Shown one piece after another: positions 1 to 14,900 of a DNA stretch of 64,000 nt (position 1 is the stretch's first letter; each line of letters opens with the position of its first letter). The stretch is from the NCBI RefSeq assembly GCF_009914755.1, contig NC_060926.1. The stretch is one strand, 5' to 3'. The position numbers and the translations under genes are program-made. The notes beneath the pieces were generated by a model. It worked only from the letters and a program-made list of their open reading frames with translations. It was not told where the DNA came from and searched no databases. Source of the DNA: the human T2T-CHM13v2.0 reference genome, Homo sapiens.

Positions 1-434
1 AGTTTTAATCACACTACTTTAATGCACTCGTGTTGCCAATTAATCATTCTAACAGCTTATGTCCCATGAAAAATGGCAGAGATGCTGCCTTTTATCCAAT
101 GGCATATCTAGTCCAGCACTGAAAGTGGCCTGCACAAGTATGGGATTTAACTAAACATCTTGGCATCAAAGGTACCACTCGGGTCCTCCTCTGCATCTCA
201 CATTACCAAAACTGCACACAACCCCTAAGTCAACTGTGCAAGGGAAGGTTGGCAGATGAAAGCAAAATATGCTAAAACTAAGGTGTGGTAGACACTCCGT
301 AGATAGAGGGTGGACCCCACCCAAACTGGAGTTCAGATATTAAGACTGATGATTCCACATACAACACTAAAAAGGTACAGAAAAGTTTGTTAATCACTGT
401 ATTAGTATACTCCAGAGAAACAGAATGAATAGGA

Positions 435-568
435 TGTGTGTGTATGATTATATATTCCCTATATATACACACACACATATATGTGTCTATGTATACGTAT
501 GTATAGACACATATACATGTGTAATATATGTGTATGTATATATATATACACACACACACACACAGAGA

Positions 569-626
<58 letters not shown>
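435..626. repeat. Compound (TA)/(CA)/(TG)n microsatellite with a pure (TG)~23 at 579-625
   Basis: Directly visible. Confidence 0.97.
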
Positions 627-627
<1 letters not shown>

Positions 628-630
628 TGA

Positions 631-948
631 GGCCAGGTACAGTGGCTCACCCCTGTAATCCCAGCACTTCGGGAGGCCGAGGCAGGTGGATCACCAGAGG
701 TCAGGAGTTCGAGACTAGCCTGGCCAACATGGCGAAACCCCGTCTCCACTAAAAATACAAAAATTAGCCAGGTGCAGTGGCATGCACCTGTAATCCCAGC
801 TACGTGGGAGGCTGAGGCAGGAGAATCTCTTGAACCCAGGAGGCGGAGATTGTAGCAAGCCAAGATCGCGTTGCTGTACTCCAGCCTGGGTGACAGAGCA
901 AGACTCTGTCTCCAAAAAAAGAAAAAAAGAAAGAAAGAGAGAAAAGAA
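631..948 (+). mobile_element. AluS
   Basis: ggccaggtacagtggctca...gactctgtctc followed by an A/GAAA tail. Confidence 0.97.
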
Positions 949-3654
949 ATTAGCTTGCAGAATTGTGGAAGCTAGAAAATCCAAACTCTGCAGGGTCAAC
1001 CAGTAGGCTGGAGACCCAGTGAAGAGTTGATGCTGCAGCTCAAATCTGAAAGTGGTTTGTTAGCAGAATTTTCTTTTCTCTAAGGGAAGTCAGTCTTTTT
1101 CTATTAAAGTCTTCAACTGATTGGATGAGGCCCACCCAAACTATGGAGGGTCCTCTGCTTTACTTAAAGTTGGCCGATGTAAATATTAATCTCATCATAA
1201 GAATACCTTCACAGAAACAATTAGAAGAATGTTTGACCAAATATCTGGATATTATGGCCAAGCTGACACATAACATTAACCAGCACATTCACATAATGAG
1301 GCTTTCTGTGGGGAAAAGGGTGACTCTAAAGCACACCCAAAAATGGTTTGAGAGAGCTTGGGAAAGAGGCTGCTTAGGGATTTTTGGCTGACAAGGGGGT
1401 GGAACGTTCCCACTCAGGGCAGAGGTTCATGTGGCCTGAACCTCCCTCCAGCGCCAAAGGAGGGAGCGTGCAGGCTTTCTTATCCTGCATGTCTAAATGT
1501 GGGGCACAAGGGCAAGAGGAAGGGGTGCAGCTTAAAAGATATCAAAAAATAGAATCAGGCTCTGTTTCAAAAGAAAATGTAGATTTCACTCCATTTAATG
1601 AATTAAAAAATATAACGATAGAAGTAGAGAACCAAGAGGAAGAAACATTAACCAAAGTAGGTTTGACCACAGACACCTGCCACTTAAAACAGGTGGTCCA
1701 AAACATTCAATCTGTAATCCAAAACAGGAAGTCTGGTCCCAGTTGAAGCTATCACCATACACAAAGAAGAATAATTTAGGAGATCACAACCAGCAAGCAA
1801 AATGTGGCCAGCTGATACATATTTAGGTCTGGAGAGGAACTAGGCATTATCTCACTAACACCTCAATGATTCTTGTTCTCTCCCTCCTGAAAGCACGTTT
1901 GAAGGAGCAAACACCTAAAATCCAGTACATTTCTAGGTACTGAGGAATAAAAAACTGGGAACATGGTAGAAACACAGAAAAATGGTGACAATCTCTACTC
2001 AGTGGGATTACGCAGAAATCCCTGAAGTCATCTATTTTGCAGAGAACACATTCCTTAAGGTAAAATACAAATGCTGAAATTCAGTGCCCACCATTCCAAG
2101 GGTCTAAGGGCACCTGCGAGCACTTTCGGCCCCTTTAAGCCATTAGGAGACTTTAATTCCTCCTTCTAGGGAGCCAGCAGGGTGGTGAGCTCAGCAAGCC
2201 TATAAATTAAGCCATGAGTCCTATTTTCCCAGCAAAGCAAGTTTAGAATGTACTATATAATTCTGCAGACTTGACATACCTCCATTAAAGGGTATGCCCA
2301 CTGAGTGTGGGATTACAAAAAGAAATTACAGATTTTCTAATAAATGCCTCAAACTGCCAAGAGAATGTGGTTCTCAGGATATTTTTTCCCTTTGTGGCTG
2401 AAAATAAACATGTTCATTGCTTTATAGTTTCCTGAAATGATGACATTCTAGTATAATTGCAAATTCTTGTGACAGGCAAAGGATATTTACTGACTGTAAT
2501 GCTCTATAAAGCGCATGAGTAATAAATAGCTCAGGGAAGCCTTTCTCAGTAGACATGAGTACCAAATAAGTAATCACAAGAACTTTTTTGGTAAGGAGGA
2601 ACACTCAGTCGTATCTTTTTCCATCAGATTATAATTGATAGATTTGCTCGGTCTTAAAATGTACCTCTCCAAGTTCTGAAATGCAAAAATTGGAGGTAAA
2701 ATAAAGACTTAAAAGTCCTGTTTTCCTTATTATGTAAGTAAAGAGAAATCCAAATGAAATACCCACTACTATATTCAAACTATACACAGACAATATTTCT
2801 TATAAATTGGCTCTATCGGCTGGGCAAAAGACTATTGATATTTGCTCAAGTAAAATTTTAACTAGAACTATAAAGTTGAAGTGAAACATATTCTAGAAGA
2901 GTTATTCACTCTACCAAGGAAGCTAAACTTCCCAAATTTACTGGACCAATTGTGTAAGTGTCCTTGCCAGTTACCTAGACCTGACAATTATTTCATACAG
3001 AAGATCAGCACACAAACTAATCAGGACACAAACAAGTTATCTCAAAAGCAAATGGGGAAACAGAAAGCAAAATGGAAGACTGAAAATAGGAGAGGATTCT
3101 GGGAACACAGTGACCTGAATGCAGCTCCCCCTCCACCTTCCACATGTGCACTCATGATTTCAATCCATCTGCCTCTCTTGAACCAAAGGGCTCCCCTACA
3201 CTCTTAGAGGAGAGAACCCCTGCAAAAAAGCGATGTGCCTCCAGGGATTGCACCAATCTTGGAGAGCAATGTCAGGGGATCTGGAGCAAGGACATAAGGA
3301 CAATCAAACCTGGAAAACCATGGCCCAGTGTGGTTTGTGTACCCCAGGTAGGGGCAGGGAACTGTGGTGATAAGGGTGACATCAGCCTCCAGCAAATGTG
3401 CTTGAGATGGAGATGGTGACGTCAGTCCTAAGTGTATGGGGTTGTCCTCGCTCCTAAGAAGAGCTCAACAGCCAGACTGTATCCTCCTTGACTCTGAAAG
3501 AACAAACATGCAAGACAACTGAGGGCTTCTTCCAGGGGGCTCAGCAGAGGACCACAGCCTGCAAAATGAGACACTTTGCTTTCACTACCTGCAAAAGTAC
3601 CACCTCTTATCACGTGCCGACAGCTAGCCCTGATGAAATAAAAAGCAAGAAACA

Positions 3655-4035
3655 TAGCAATCCATGGAGTTCCCTGGAGAACAGACTGTGGTTAAGATTG
3701 GTGTGCAGGAGGTGCTCTCAGAAGTGCCTGTCGAGTGAAGGAAGCAGGACTGGACAGAGAAACTGAACTAGGATGCAGCCACAGCAAAGACCTTATCCAG
3801 CTCTACAGGGACCTCTGGAGCCCGGATGGCCCACCTCGCTAGGATAGGGCAGGGGGCTGCTGGGCCCTTATATCCCTGAGTCCACCATTAGATGCTGCCT
3901 TCCTCACAGAAGAAATTGACCAAGGGCAAATCCTGAGGAGGGACTCTGTTAAGAGCTGTGTTCTGCCAGCACTCCCAGCAGACTGTGGAATGACTCCTGC
4001 TGATGGGAATCTGGCAGCACCCCACACCTCAGTCC
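3655..4035 (-). mobile_element. LTR16-family LTR (3' LTR of the ERVL relic)
   Basis: gttccctggagaacagact...gtgctctcag...ggaagcagga...cagcactcccagca: LTR16-type sequence in reverse. Confidence 0.7.
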
Positions 4036-5370
4036 ACTCTTAGGCCATTCACCCCCATGTGCTTCATGTAACAAGTTCTGGGATCAGTTTCTTCAGGATT
4101 CTCACTGGTCTCTTCCTGAAAAAAAATTAAAGATGAAAACTAGAGGGATGAATTGCCATGCTTCTCTTCCTGCTTCTGCAGCTGGTCTCAAAACCAGCCC
4201 ATCTCTTCCTCTATTACCTAATCCAGGTTCCCTTTGTCCCTAGGTAGCACTTCCGCTGATCTAGACAGCTTGGCAAAGTAGCACACACCCTCATTTTTGG
4301 GGTTCTGAGCCCTAGCTTAGGGCATGGCTGCTGCACTTGTCTATTTGATATCACAAGTGGGCAGGGGAATACCAAGAGATGCCACAGCAAATTGTCTTGT
4401 TGCCAAATACATTCTCCACTGTCACCATTAAGTACCAGCTCCTCTGCCCTTTCCTGGTGTGACCAGGATCAAATGTCCCTGCCAGAAGAGTCACTTCTTT
4501 CTGTGCCTGCTGTTCTCTTGTGTCCCCTCATGGAAGTGCTCTTCCTCTAGGGAACCAAGGTGTCTAACCCATACTGCCTAGAATTATAGAGACAGGAAGC
4601 ACACAATCTCTGCCACAATGTACTCTATTCACATGCCCATTGTGCCAGCACCGAGTGACTGGTGTCAGAGGCTGGCTGATGACTTTCTCCTTCCACATAG
4701 ATGTTCATATGATATTCAAGGCTCTCTTACTTCATGTCCGCTCCCACAGGTCCATCATGTCTCTTACTCAGACCTCCTTGTCTTTGGTTATCCAGTATTT
4801 CTCCCTCCAGGCATTTGACCAAACAGCCAGGATATAAACCATTACCTATATGTACATATTTATTCTTCTCTAAGGCAAAATTCTCAAGCGTGGAATATGC
4901 TACCACCAAAATATGAAGCAGCTCCTCAGGCTCTGTGCTTCCTTCCTACTGACAGGAGGTATATGATGTAATAACATTTCCTTTACCTTGGAGGTCATCT
5001 TCCAGACCACAGAAGCCCTATAAAATTTACTAATTTAATGGGCTCCTGAATCATCTATAGGCATTATTTCCACTTTCTGGAGCCTTGAACCTACTTGGTG
5101 CTTCTCTTTCATCCAATCCAATTAGCACAATGTCATAATAGATTGACACAATAGACCAGTAAGATATTCTGTAGAATATCTAGGCAGTTCATATCTCTTT
5201 AGAACTACAGAATGGCAGGGGGTGGGAAAGTTAATATAGCCCTAGGGAAAAACCATACATTCTCTTGTTCACTCCAGAGCATGTGAGCTATGTCTGATTC
5301 TCTTTCCTGTGGAAGGAGATAGAATAGAATACATATTTGGCAGACAAAATGTCACATACCATGTTTGTGA

Positions 5371-5702
<332 letters not shown>

Positions 5703-5899
5703 TTTGTGAGGTGTCGTTAATTTGCTCTACCAAAGACAGCACAACTGGCACAAGAGCTACAACTGGGGCCACTATTTGTGAATTTGTGATAGTTCACTCT
5801 CATGCTCCAGGATCCATTTGGATTTTTCAGGAGGCTGACTATTGAATTAGAGATATGATTTCTTTACTTCTTCAATGTCTGTCACACTTGGGCAAAATG

Positions 5900-6075
5900 G
5901 TATTTTTAATCAACTTTACTGAGGAATAATTTACATACAATAAAATGCACTCATTTTGAGTGCATAGTTTGATGACTTTTTGACAAACGTATGAATGAAT
6001 GTAATCAGTACCACTGCAATCAAAATATAGAACATTTCCATCACCCCACTATGTTCTTTTGTGACCCTTTTCAAT
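5900..6075 (-). mobile_element. Old L1M 3' end fragment
   Basis: ctttactgaggaataatttacatacaataaaatgcac...atagaacatttccatcaccc. Confidence 0.8.
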
Positions 6076-8079
6076 TTACTATTTTGATTGAGGGGGAAAG
6101 TTTCAAAGGATTCCACATAGCTTCTCTACTGGGAAGGTTCTTAACCTACAGTTCTGAGATTCAATGTGGGAGTTCTACTAACTGGCAGTTATGTCCGCTG
6201 CAATAATATACTGAGGGACTAGAGAGATGCTCACCCAGTGGGTTTGTGGGACTGGTGGACCTGAACCAGAACTCTTCCATTTCTCACCTGGTCTCCACGT
6301 ATCCTCCTAAGAGGGGGCCATGTTAAAACAGCAAGTTTCAATCTCAGTTTCTAGCTCATTACTTCTATTCAATAGTCTTCAAAATGTCTGGGACTTGCTC
6401 TTCCATCATTGTTTCATAACTGTATACTATAGTCATTCACGATTTTGCAGGGTCCTTCATCCTTCAGATCCAGCCACTCCTTCAGTTAGTGGCTTCCATG
6501 TCTAAAAACTTGGTTCTATATATTAAACAAAGGACTATGATTTTTTTGGGGTGGTCATCCTTAACATATTGTCAACCATTCTTGACTTCTTTTGATTGTA
6601 TAAAATAAGCAACCCTCTTGCTGACTGCCCATCTCTACAGATTTCTGTAGGTTTGGCACTCTTGGATATCACTTTGACTTGCTATTCATGATGATAATGG
6701 TGCCTGCTCTGCATTCTATCATACAGGGCCATCAGGGAGCCTGGTTCTGAAGCAGCATTGCCTACTGTCAGCCCTAGACAATAGAAGACGCCACTAAGCT
6801 TTACTGCAAGGCCATGGCCTGTTACCAGTACTTTTCTCATTATACAATAAACAAGTATTCTCCAAGCCCACATAACATAGTTGGCTGGTGAGTTTTCTGG
6901 CCCTATGTAGAATATCTACTTTAGTATGCCTACATCTCTGAGTCTTTTTTGTTGTTGTTAAAGCCAGTCAAATTTAGCAGTGGGGGGTTGTATACCTACT
7001 TTAATGACACCAATGTTAATAAGTTCTCGTATACATCTTTGGGTCTTTTGATCCACCCTTCAATTATTGGCCATCATAATTCTAATATTTCAACGTTACA
7101 TGGTATGGGCCATCATTATCTCCAAGCTTCCTAGAGCTTAGGTATTAGCACCATCTTCTGGGACCCTGTCAGGGTTTTAAATTCTTTATATCAGAACAGT
7201 GCTCATATCAATAAATTCTCCCTTATCCAGATTTATGTTCCACCTTCATCACACCAGCACTTTCAGGCTCCTGTCCCATACAGCCTCTCCTGGCTCCTGC
7301 CTACCCATGTTAGGTGGGTCCAGCAGCACCTTCAGGACACAATTCTCCTCCTCCCTCAGCAAGCCCAGCACTTCTCTAGACACATTACATTGTTCATCAT
7401 GTGAGTTACTGGTCTAAAGCCATGCAGCCAGGTGTGGTACCTTCTGAGTGGGGTCTTTCTGTGCTGAAAAAAAAAACAAAAAGGATTTTGTATCATGTTC
7501 AACCATGCTACAATGCTAGCTTTTGATGGGGAGGAGTGATCCCAGAGACTTCAGAGGAATTTGGGGATTCAAGATTCAAGATGATAAGTGCATCATTCCA
7601 CATGTCCCTATTTCAAGTCTCAGGTTCCCATTCCCAAATGAGGCCCTAACCTCAGGGTAGCCAACCTCTTAGGGTTGAAAATTTAATCTTCCTTCATGGC
7701 TCACTACCCTTATAATTAAGTTTGGGACCTGAACCTCAGCTTTTTCTACCCTCCATTTACAGGAGATGAAAGAGTCTTTATATGCTACCAAGTAGGACTT
7801 CTTGGTGATTATCCCCAAACTTGTCTCGCTCCAATGTATTAAAGACTCCCAGCAACAGCAATCTGATTCCAAAGTCCTTGTAATTACTACACTCAAATGC
7901 CTGAGATACTCCTCCAGCAGGGCATTCTGGTCTACCTATGTGTAATTCCTCCTCAGCACCAGGTAAAGATTAGGAATTGCACCAAGACTTTATGCCAGGG
8001 GCTCTCAGTGCTCTATCTCACACCAATGATGGGGGTCCTTGCTGCCAACCTGTGCCATGGGATTCAGCTCTAAAATCCC

Positions 8080-8500
8080 TGTTGTAGATCGTGTTCCTTG
8101 GAAAACAGACTCTGAGGCTCTGAGATTTGCATGCCAGAGGTTTATTGGGGAGGACTCTCAAAAACAATACCTGTCGGGGTGAGGGAAGCAGGATTGGGCA
8201 GAGGGAGAACTTTCAGTGCCATGTATTTGCTATGAAGGCCTCAGTCATCTCACTGGGAGCTGTTGGAGCTGGGACTCTCCCTCAGACTTGCCCCAATTGA
8301 GGCGGGACTTTGTACCATACATCAGCCAGTCATTGATGTGGGCTCTCCCCAGGGAGGAAGTGTGGCCTGGGTAAGGCGACTCTCCGGCTGGGGACAGTTC
8401 CTGGGGAGAAACTCATCTGTGAGTTATCAGCAACTAACTCTTCCAGGAGTTGGGGAAACAGGGGCTTCTAGAAAAGTGGCCTAAGGATAGCCTACAGCAT
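8080..8500 (-). mobile_element. LTR16-family LTR (5' LTR of the ERVL relic)
   Basis: gttccttggaaaacagactctgag...tttattgggga...gagggaagcaggattgggcagaggga...cagccagtcattg. Confidence 0.8.
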
Positions 8501-8808
8501 TCAAGACTCCATCAAAGTGGGATTTGTAGACTGAGAACACTTAAAACACACAGAACACATGCCCAGTTAACTCAAATTGCTGGGGAAGTTTGAGATTCAT
8601 TTGAACAAAAATAGTAACAGTATTTAATTCTATTCCCCTGAAACTAAAAATTAGGATTTCCCAACTATATAATGAAGTTAACAAGGTTTGTTGCTCACCC
8701 CGTTTGCTCTTTCATCTTCCCTAACTTGAGTTATCTGTTCTGCTTTATTGACTGTTTGGTTAGACATATTCTTGAGTGTTTTCATGATCTCATACATGGG
8801 GGATATGA

Positions 8809-9170
<362 letters not shown>

Positions 9171-9284
9171 AACTCTTCCAAATTCTTAAGTTGTAGTCCT
9201 TTTTACTTGTAACCTGTAGATATTATTTCAAAATACATTTTTATTAAGTTTTAGTTATTATTGGCAGCAATTCACATGATTGAA

Positions 9285-9421
9285 TTTTTTTGTCTTTTAG
9301 AGACAGGGTCTCTGTTGCCCAGGTTAGTCTCAAACTCCAGAGCTCAAGTGATCCTCTCACATCAGCCTCCCAAGTACAGGTCCTCCCTGAGGCTACAGGT
9401 GTGCACCACCATGCCTGGCTC
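9285..9421 (-). mobile_element. FLAM/Alu monomer
   Basis: agacagggtctctgttgcccagg...caccaccatgcctggct. Confidence 0.85.
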
Positions 9422-9475
9422 ACTTGACTGAGTTTAATGTTGTTTAGTCACCAACAGAACAATGATGTCCTAAAT

Positions 9476-9803
9476 CAGTGGTCCCCAAACTTTTTGGCAC
9501 CAGAGACCAGTTTCGTGGAAGACAATTTTTCCATGGATGGCAGATGGCAGGGGGGATGGTTTCAGGATGAAACTGTTAGTTAGATTCTCATAGGAGCACA
9601 CAGCCTATATCCCCTACATGTGCAGTTCACAATAGAGTTCGTGCTCCTATTAGAATCTAATGCTGCCACTGATCTAACAGAAAGTGGAGCTCAGGCAGTA
9701 ATGCTCGGCTTGCCCTCCTGCTGCTCACCTCCTGCTGTGCGGCCCAGTTCCTAACAGGCCACAGACCAGTACCTGTCTGTGGCCTGGCAATTGAGGACCC
9801 CTG
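9476..9803 (+). mobile_element. MER1B-like hAT-Charlie non-autonomous DNA transposon
   Basis: TIRs cagtggtccccaa / ttgaggacccctg. 8-bp TSD tcctaaat/tcctaaac. Confidence 0.9.
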
Positions 9804-9879
9804 TCCTAAACAACTTTGTGTTCACCCTGATTGTGGAGTTGTGTAGTGACCACAGGCATGAACAGTCTGGGCTACCTCC

Positions 9880-10014
9880 AGCCCTGTATATATATATATA
9901 TATATGCATACACATAATGGGGACTTCAGAACTTTAAAAAGGGGTGTCACTTAGCCCTGTTTATATATATATATTGGGGACTTCAGAACCTTAAAAGGGG
10001 GTGTCACTTAGCCC
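9880..10014. repeat. Local tandem duplication, two ~60-70 bp units
   Basis: agccctgt(ta)n...tggggacttcagaac(t/c)ttaaaa(a/g)ggggtgtcacttagccc occurs twice. Confidence 0.93.
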
Positions 10015-10395
10015 AGGTTGCCACATCATTTGACTGAGGTTTACATTTCTTTGGCTTTTAAGGTATTTGCATGTTTTTCCTGCCTAGCCCTTACTAAAAA
10101 CCTTTGAACTTGATCGAATTCCACTCTTCTCATATTTTTTCTTATTTAGGAGTGACACAATTACTTCAGATATTAAAATGATGTCTAACTGGATTCTGAG
10201 TATCACACAAGACTGAGTCCACTGTTACAATTTCTAAATGGTCCTTCCTATGACACCTATTTAACATACATTTACCATATTTCATCAAATTTACAGTACA
10301 TATTTTTTCATATTTTAATGTCTTGAGATCAGGGTGAACCTTCAAATTGCTGTTAGCCGGCGATCAGTGTTGAAACACTAGCACTGCCTGCACAT

Positions 10396-11222
10396 TGTAT
10401 TAAATTTTCTATGGCAACTTGCTGTGACAAGTTGCTACCATCATAATGCCTGGAACCACACAAATTTGTTATCTTACAGTTCTGGGATTCAAAAGTCTGA
10501 AGTGGGTCTCATTGGGTGAAAATCAAGGTGTCACCTGGGCTCCATTCCTCTATGGTTCTAGGGGAGTTCTAGGGAAGAATCTGTTTCCTTGCCTTTTTCA
10601 GCTTTTAGAGGCTGCCCTCTTTCCCTGGCTTTTGGCCTCTGCTAGCTTCAAAGTCGGCAGCAGCATCTGGATTCTTCTCACATTGCATCACTCTGACCTC
10701 CTTTACTGTCTCCCTCTTCTGCATTTAAGGACCTTGTGATTCCTTTGGCCCGCTCAGATATCAAGGATAATCTTAATATTTTAAGGTTGGCTGATTGGCA
10801 ACCTTAATTTTCTTTTCTTTTCTTTTTTTTTTTTGAGATAGAATCTCGCTCTGTCACCCAGGCTGGAGTGCAAGTGGCACGATCTTGGCTCACTGCAACC
10901 TTCACCTTCCAGGTTCAAGCGATTCTCCTGACTCAGCTTCCTGAGTAGCTGGGATAACAGGCGCACACTACCACGCCCAGCTAATTTCTTGTATTTTTAG
11001 TAGAGACGGGGTTTCACCATGATGGCCAGGCTGGTCTCGAACTCCTGGGCTCAAGTAATCCACTTGCCTTGACCTCCCAAAATGCTGGGATTACAGGCAT
11101 GAGCCACCACTCCAAGCCTTGGCAACCTTAATTTTCTATCCCACGTAGCCTAACATATTCACAGGTTCTCGGGATTAAGACATTGAGACTTTCTGGGGAG
11201 GGACAATATTCTACCTACCACA
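10396..11222 (-). mobile_element. MLT1 (MLT1C/D-like) MaLR solo LTR
   Basis: tgtatt...atcttacagttctgg...aatcaaggtgtc...aatctgtttccttgcctttt...attctacctaccaca. TSD cacat/tacat. Confidence 0.87.
10813..11118 (-). mobile_element. AluS inside MLT1
   Basis: Full Alu. TSD ttggcaaccttaattttct. Confidence 0.96.
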
Positions 11223-11989
11223 TACATGCAATATAAAACTTGCAGAACTCGTGTCAGAGGTTTGAAAGAAAATCTCAGAGACAAGAGAGAAGCATTCTTT
11301 GAAAATATTCTACATTGCCACAGCTCTTTGTGTCACAGACGATGACATTATATGGGGGAAAAAAATACAAATGTCAACTATATGACTTGCAATATTTTGA
11401 CTGTAATTCTAGAGTCAATGGCATCTTAGATTGAAGGAAACAGAGTATAAATTCACAGATAGTCAATTTTAATATTTTATATTTAAGTAAAAATATAAAA
11501 TACATAAATGTATATGAACACGTACTTTTCCGAGGACATAATTTTGTTCTGCATCCCTGTGGTGATGGTGTCATTAGCACTAAATGCAAAATTGGAATTG
11601 TAAGCACTGCAGATTTGTATTCCATGCAGAAACTGGATTTCTGCATTTAAAATAATAACCAAAACATGAAAAGGCAATGTGAATATGAGCTTGCAGATAA
11701 GGCTTATAAGAGTAGAATTAAGGGCTAAGATGCTATAAGAAAAAGAACATAAACAATATTAGAAGATGAAAGCTTATTTTTCTTTTACAAAGTAGTGCTT
11801 AAGTGAGCAGTCCTGATAAAGATGCCATTTTTTCCATATGGCTATTCAGGGACCAGGTCCTTTCTATCTTGTTGCTCTGCCCTCCCCAAAGGCATCTGTG
11901 CCCTTGGCATGAAGCAGGGGCTGGCATATCTGCATTCTAGCTGAGAGAGGGAAGAAGAGAAATTCTAGGGGAATATTTTTTTAGTAGAT

Positions 11990-14900
<2,911 letters not shown>

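Larger units (their letters stand above)
398..1287 (-). mobile_element. MLT2-family (ERVL) solo LTR
   Basis: Starts tgtattagt..ctccagagaaacagaa..aatagga, contains aactgattggatgaggcccaccca, ends acataacattaaccagcaca. 5-bp TSD atcac/ttcac. Confidence 0.85.
290..1570 (-). mobile_element. Old ERVL-type LTR (LTR47-like), split by an MLT2 insertion
   Basis: Segments 310-397 and 1288-1570 (...ccaaaggagggagc...ctttcttatc...tgtggggcacaaggg...atcaaaaaatagaatcaggctctgtttca) resemble one LTR read in reverse. Boundaries are approximate. Confidence 0.5.
10274..11445. mobile_element. TcMar-Tc2 (Kanga/MER104-like) DNA transposon relic, interrupted by MLT1
   Basis: Decayed termini ccatatttcatcaaattta / ggcatcttagattgaaggaaacag. 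Confidence 0.6.

Noticed and set aside
278-999. ORFs rich in CVCV/THTH and Alu-like peptides
   Set aside because: They are translations of the microsatellite and Alu.
1384-1746. 120-aa ORF with an acidic, protein-like second half
   Set aside because: It starts in an LTR, resembles no family I recognise and has no convincing splice sites.
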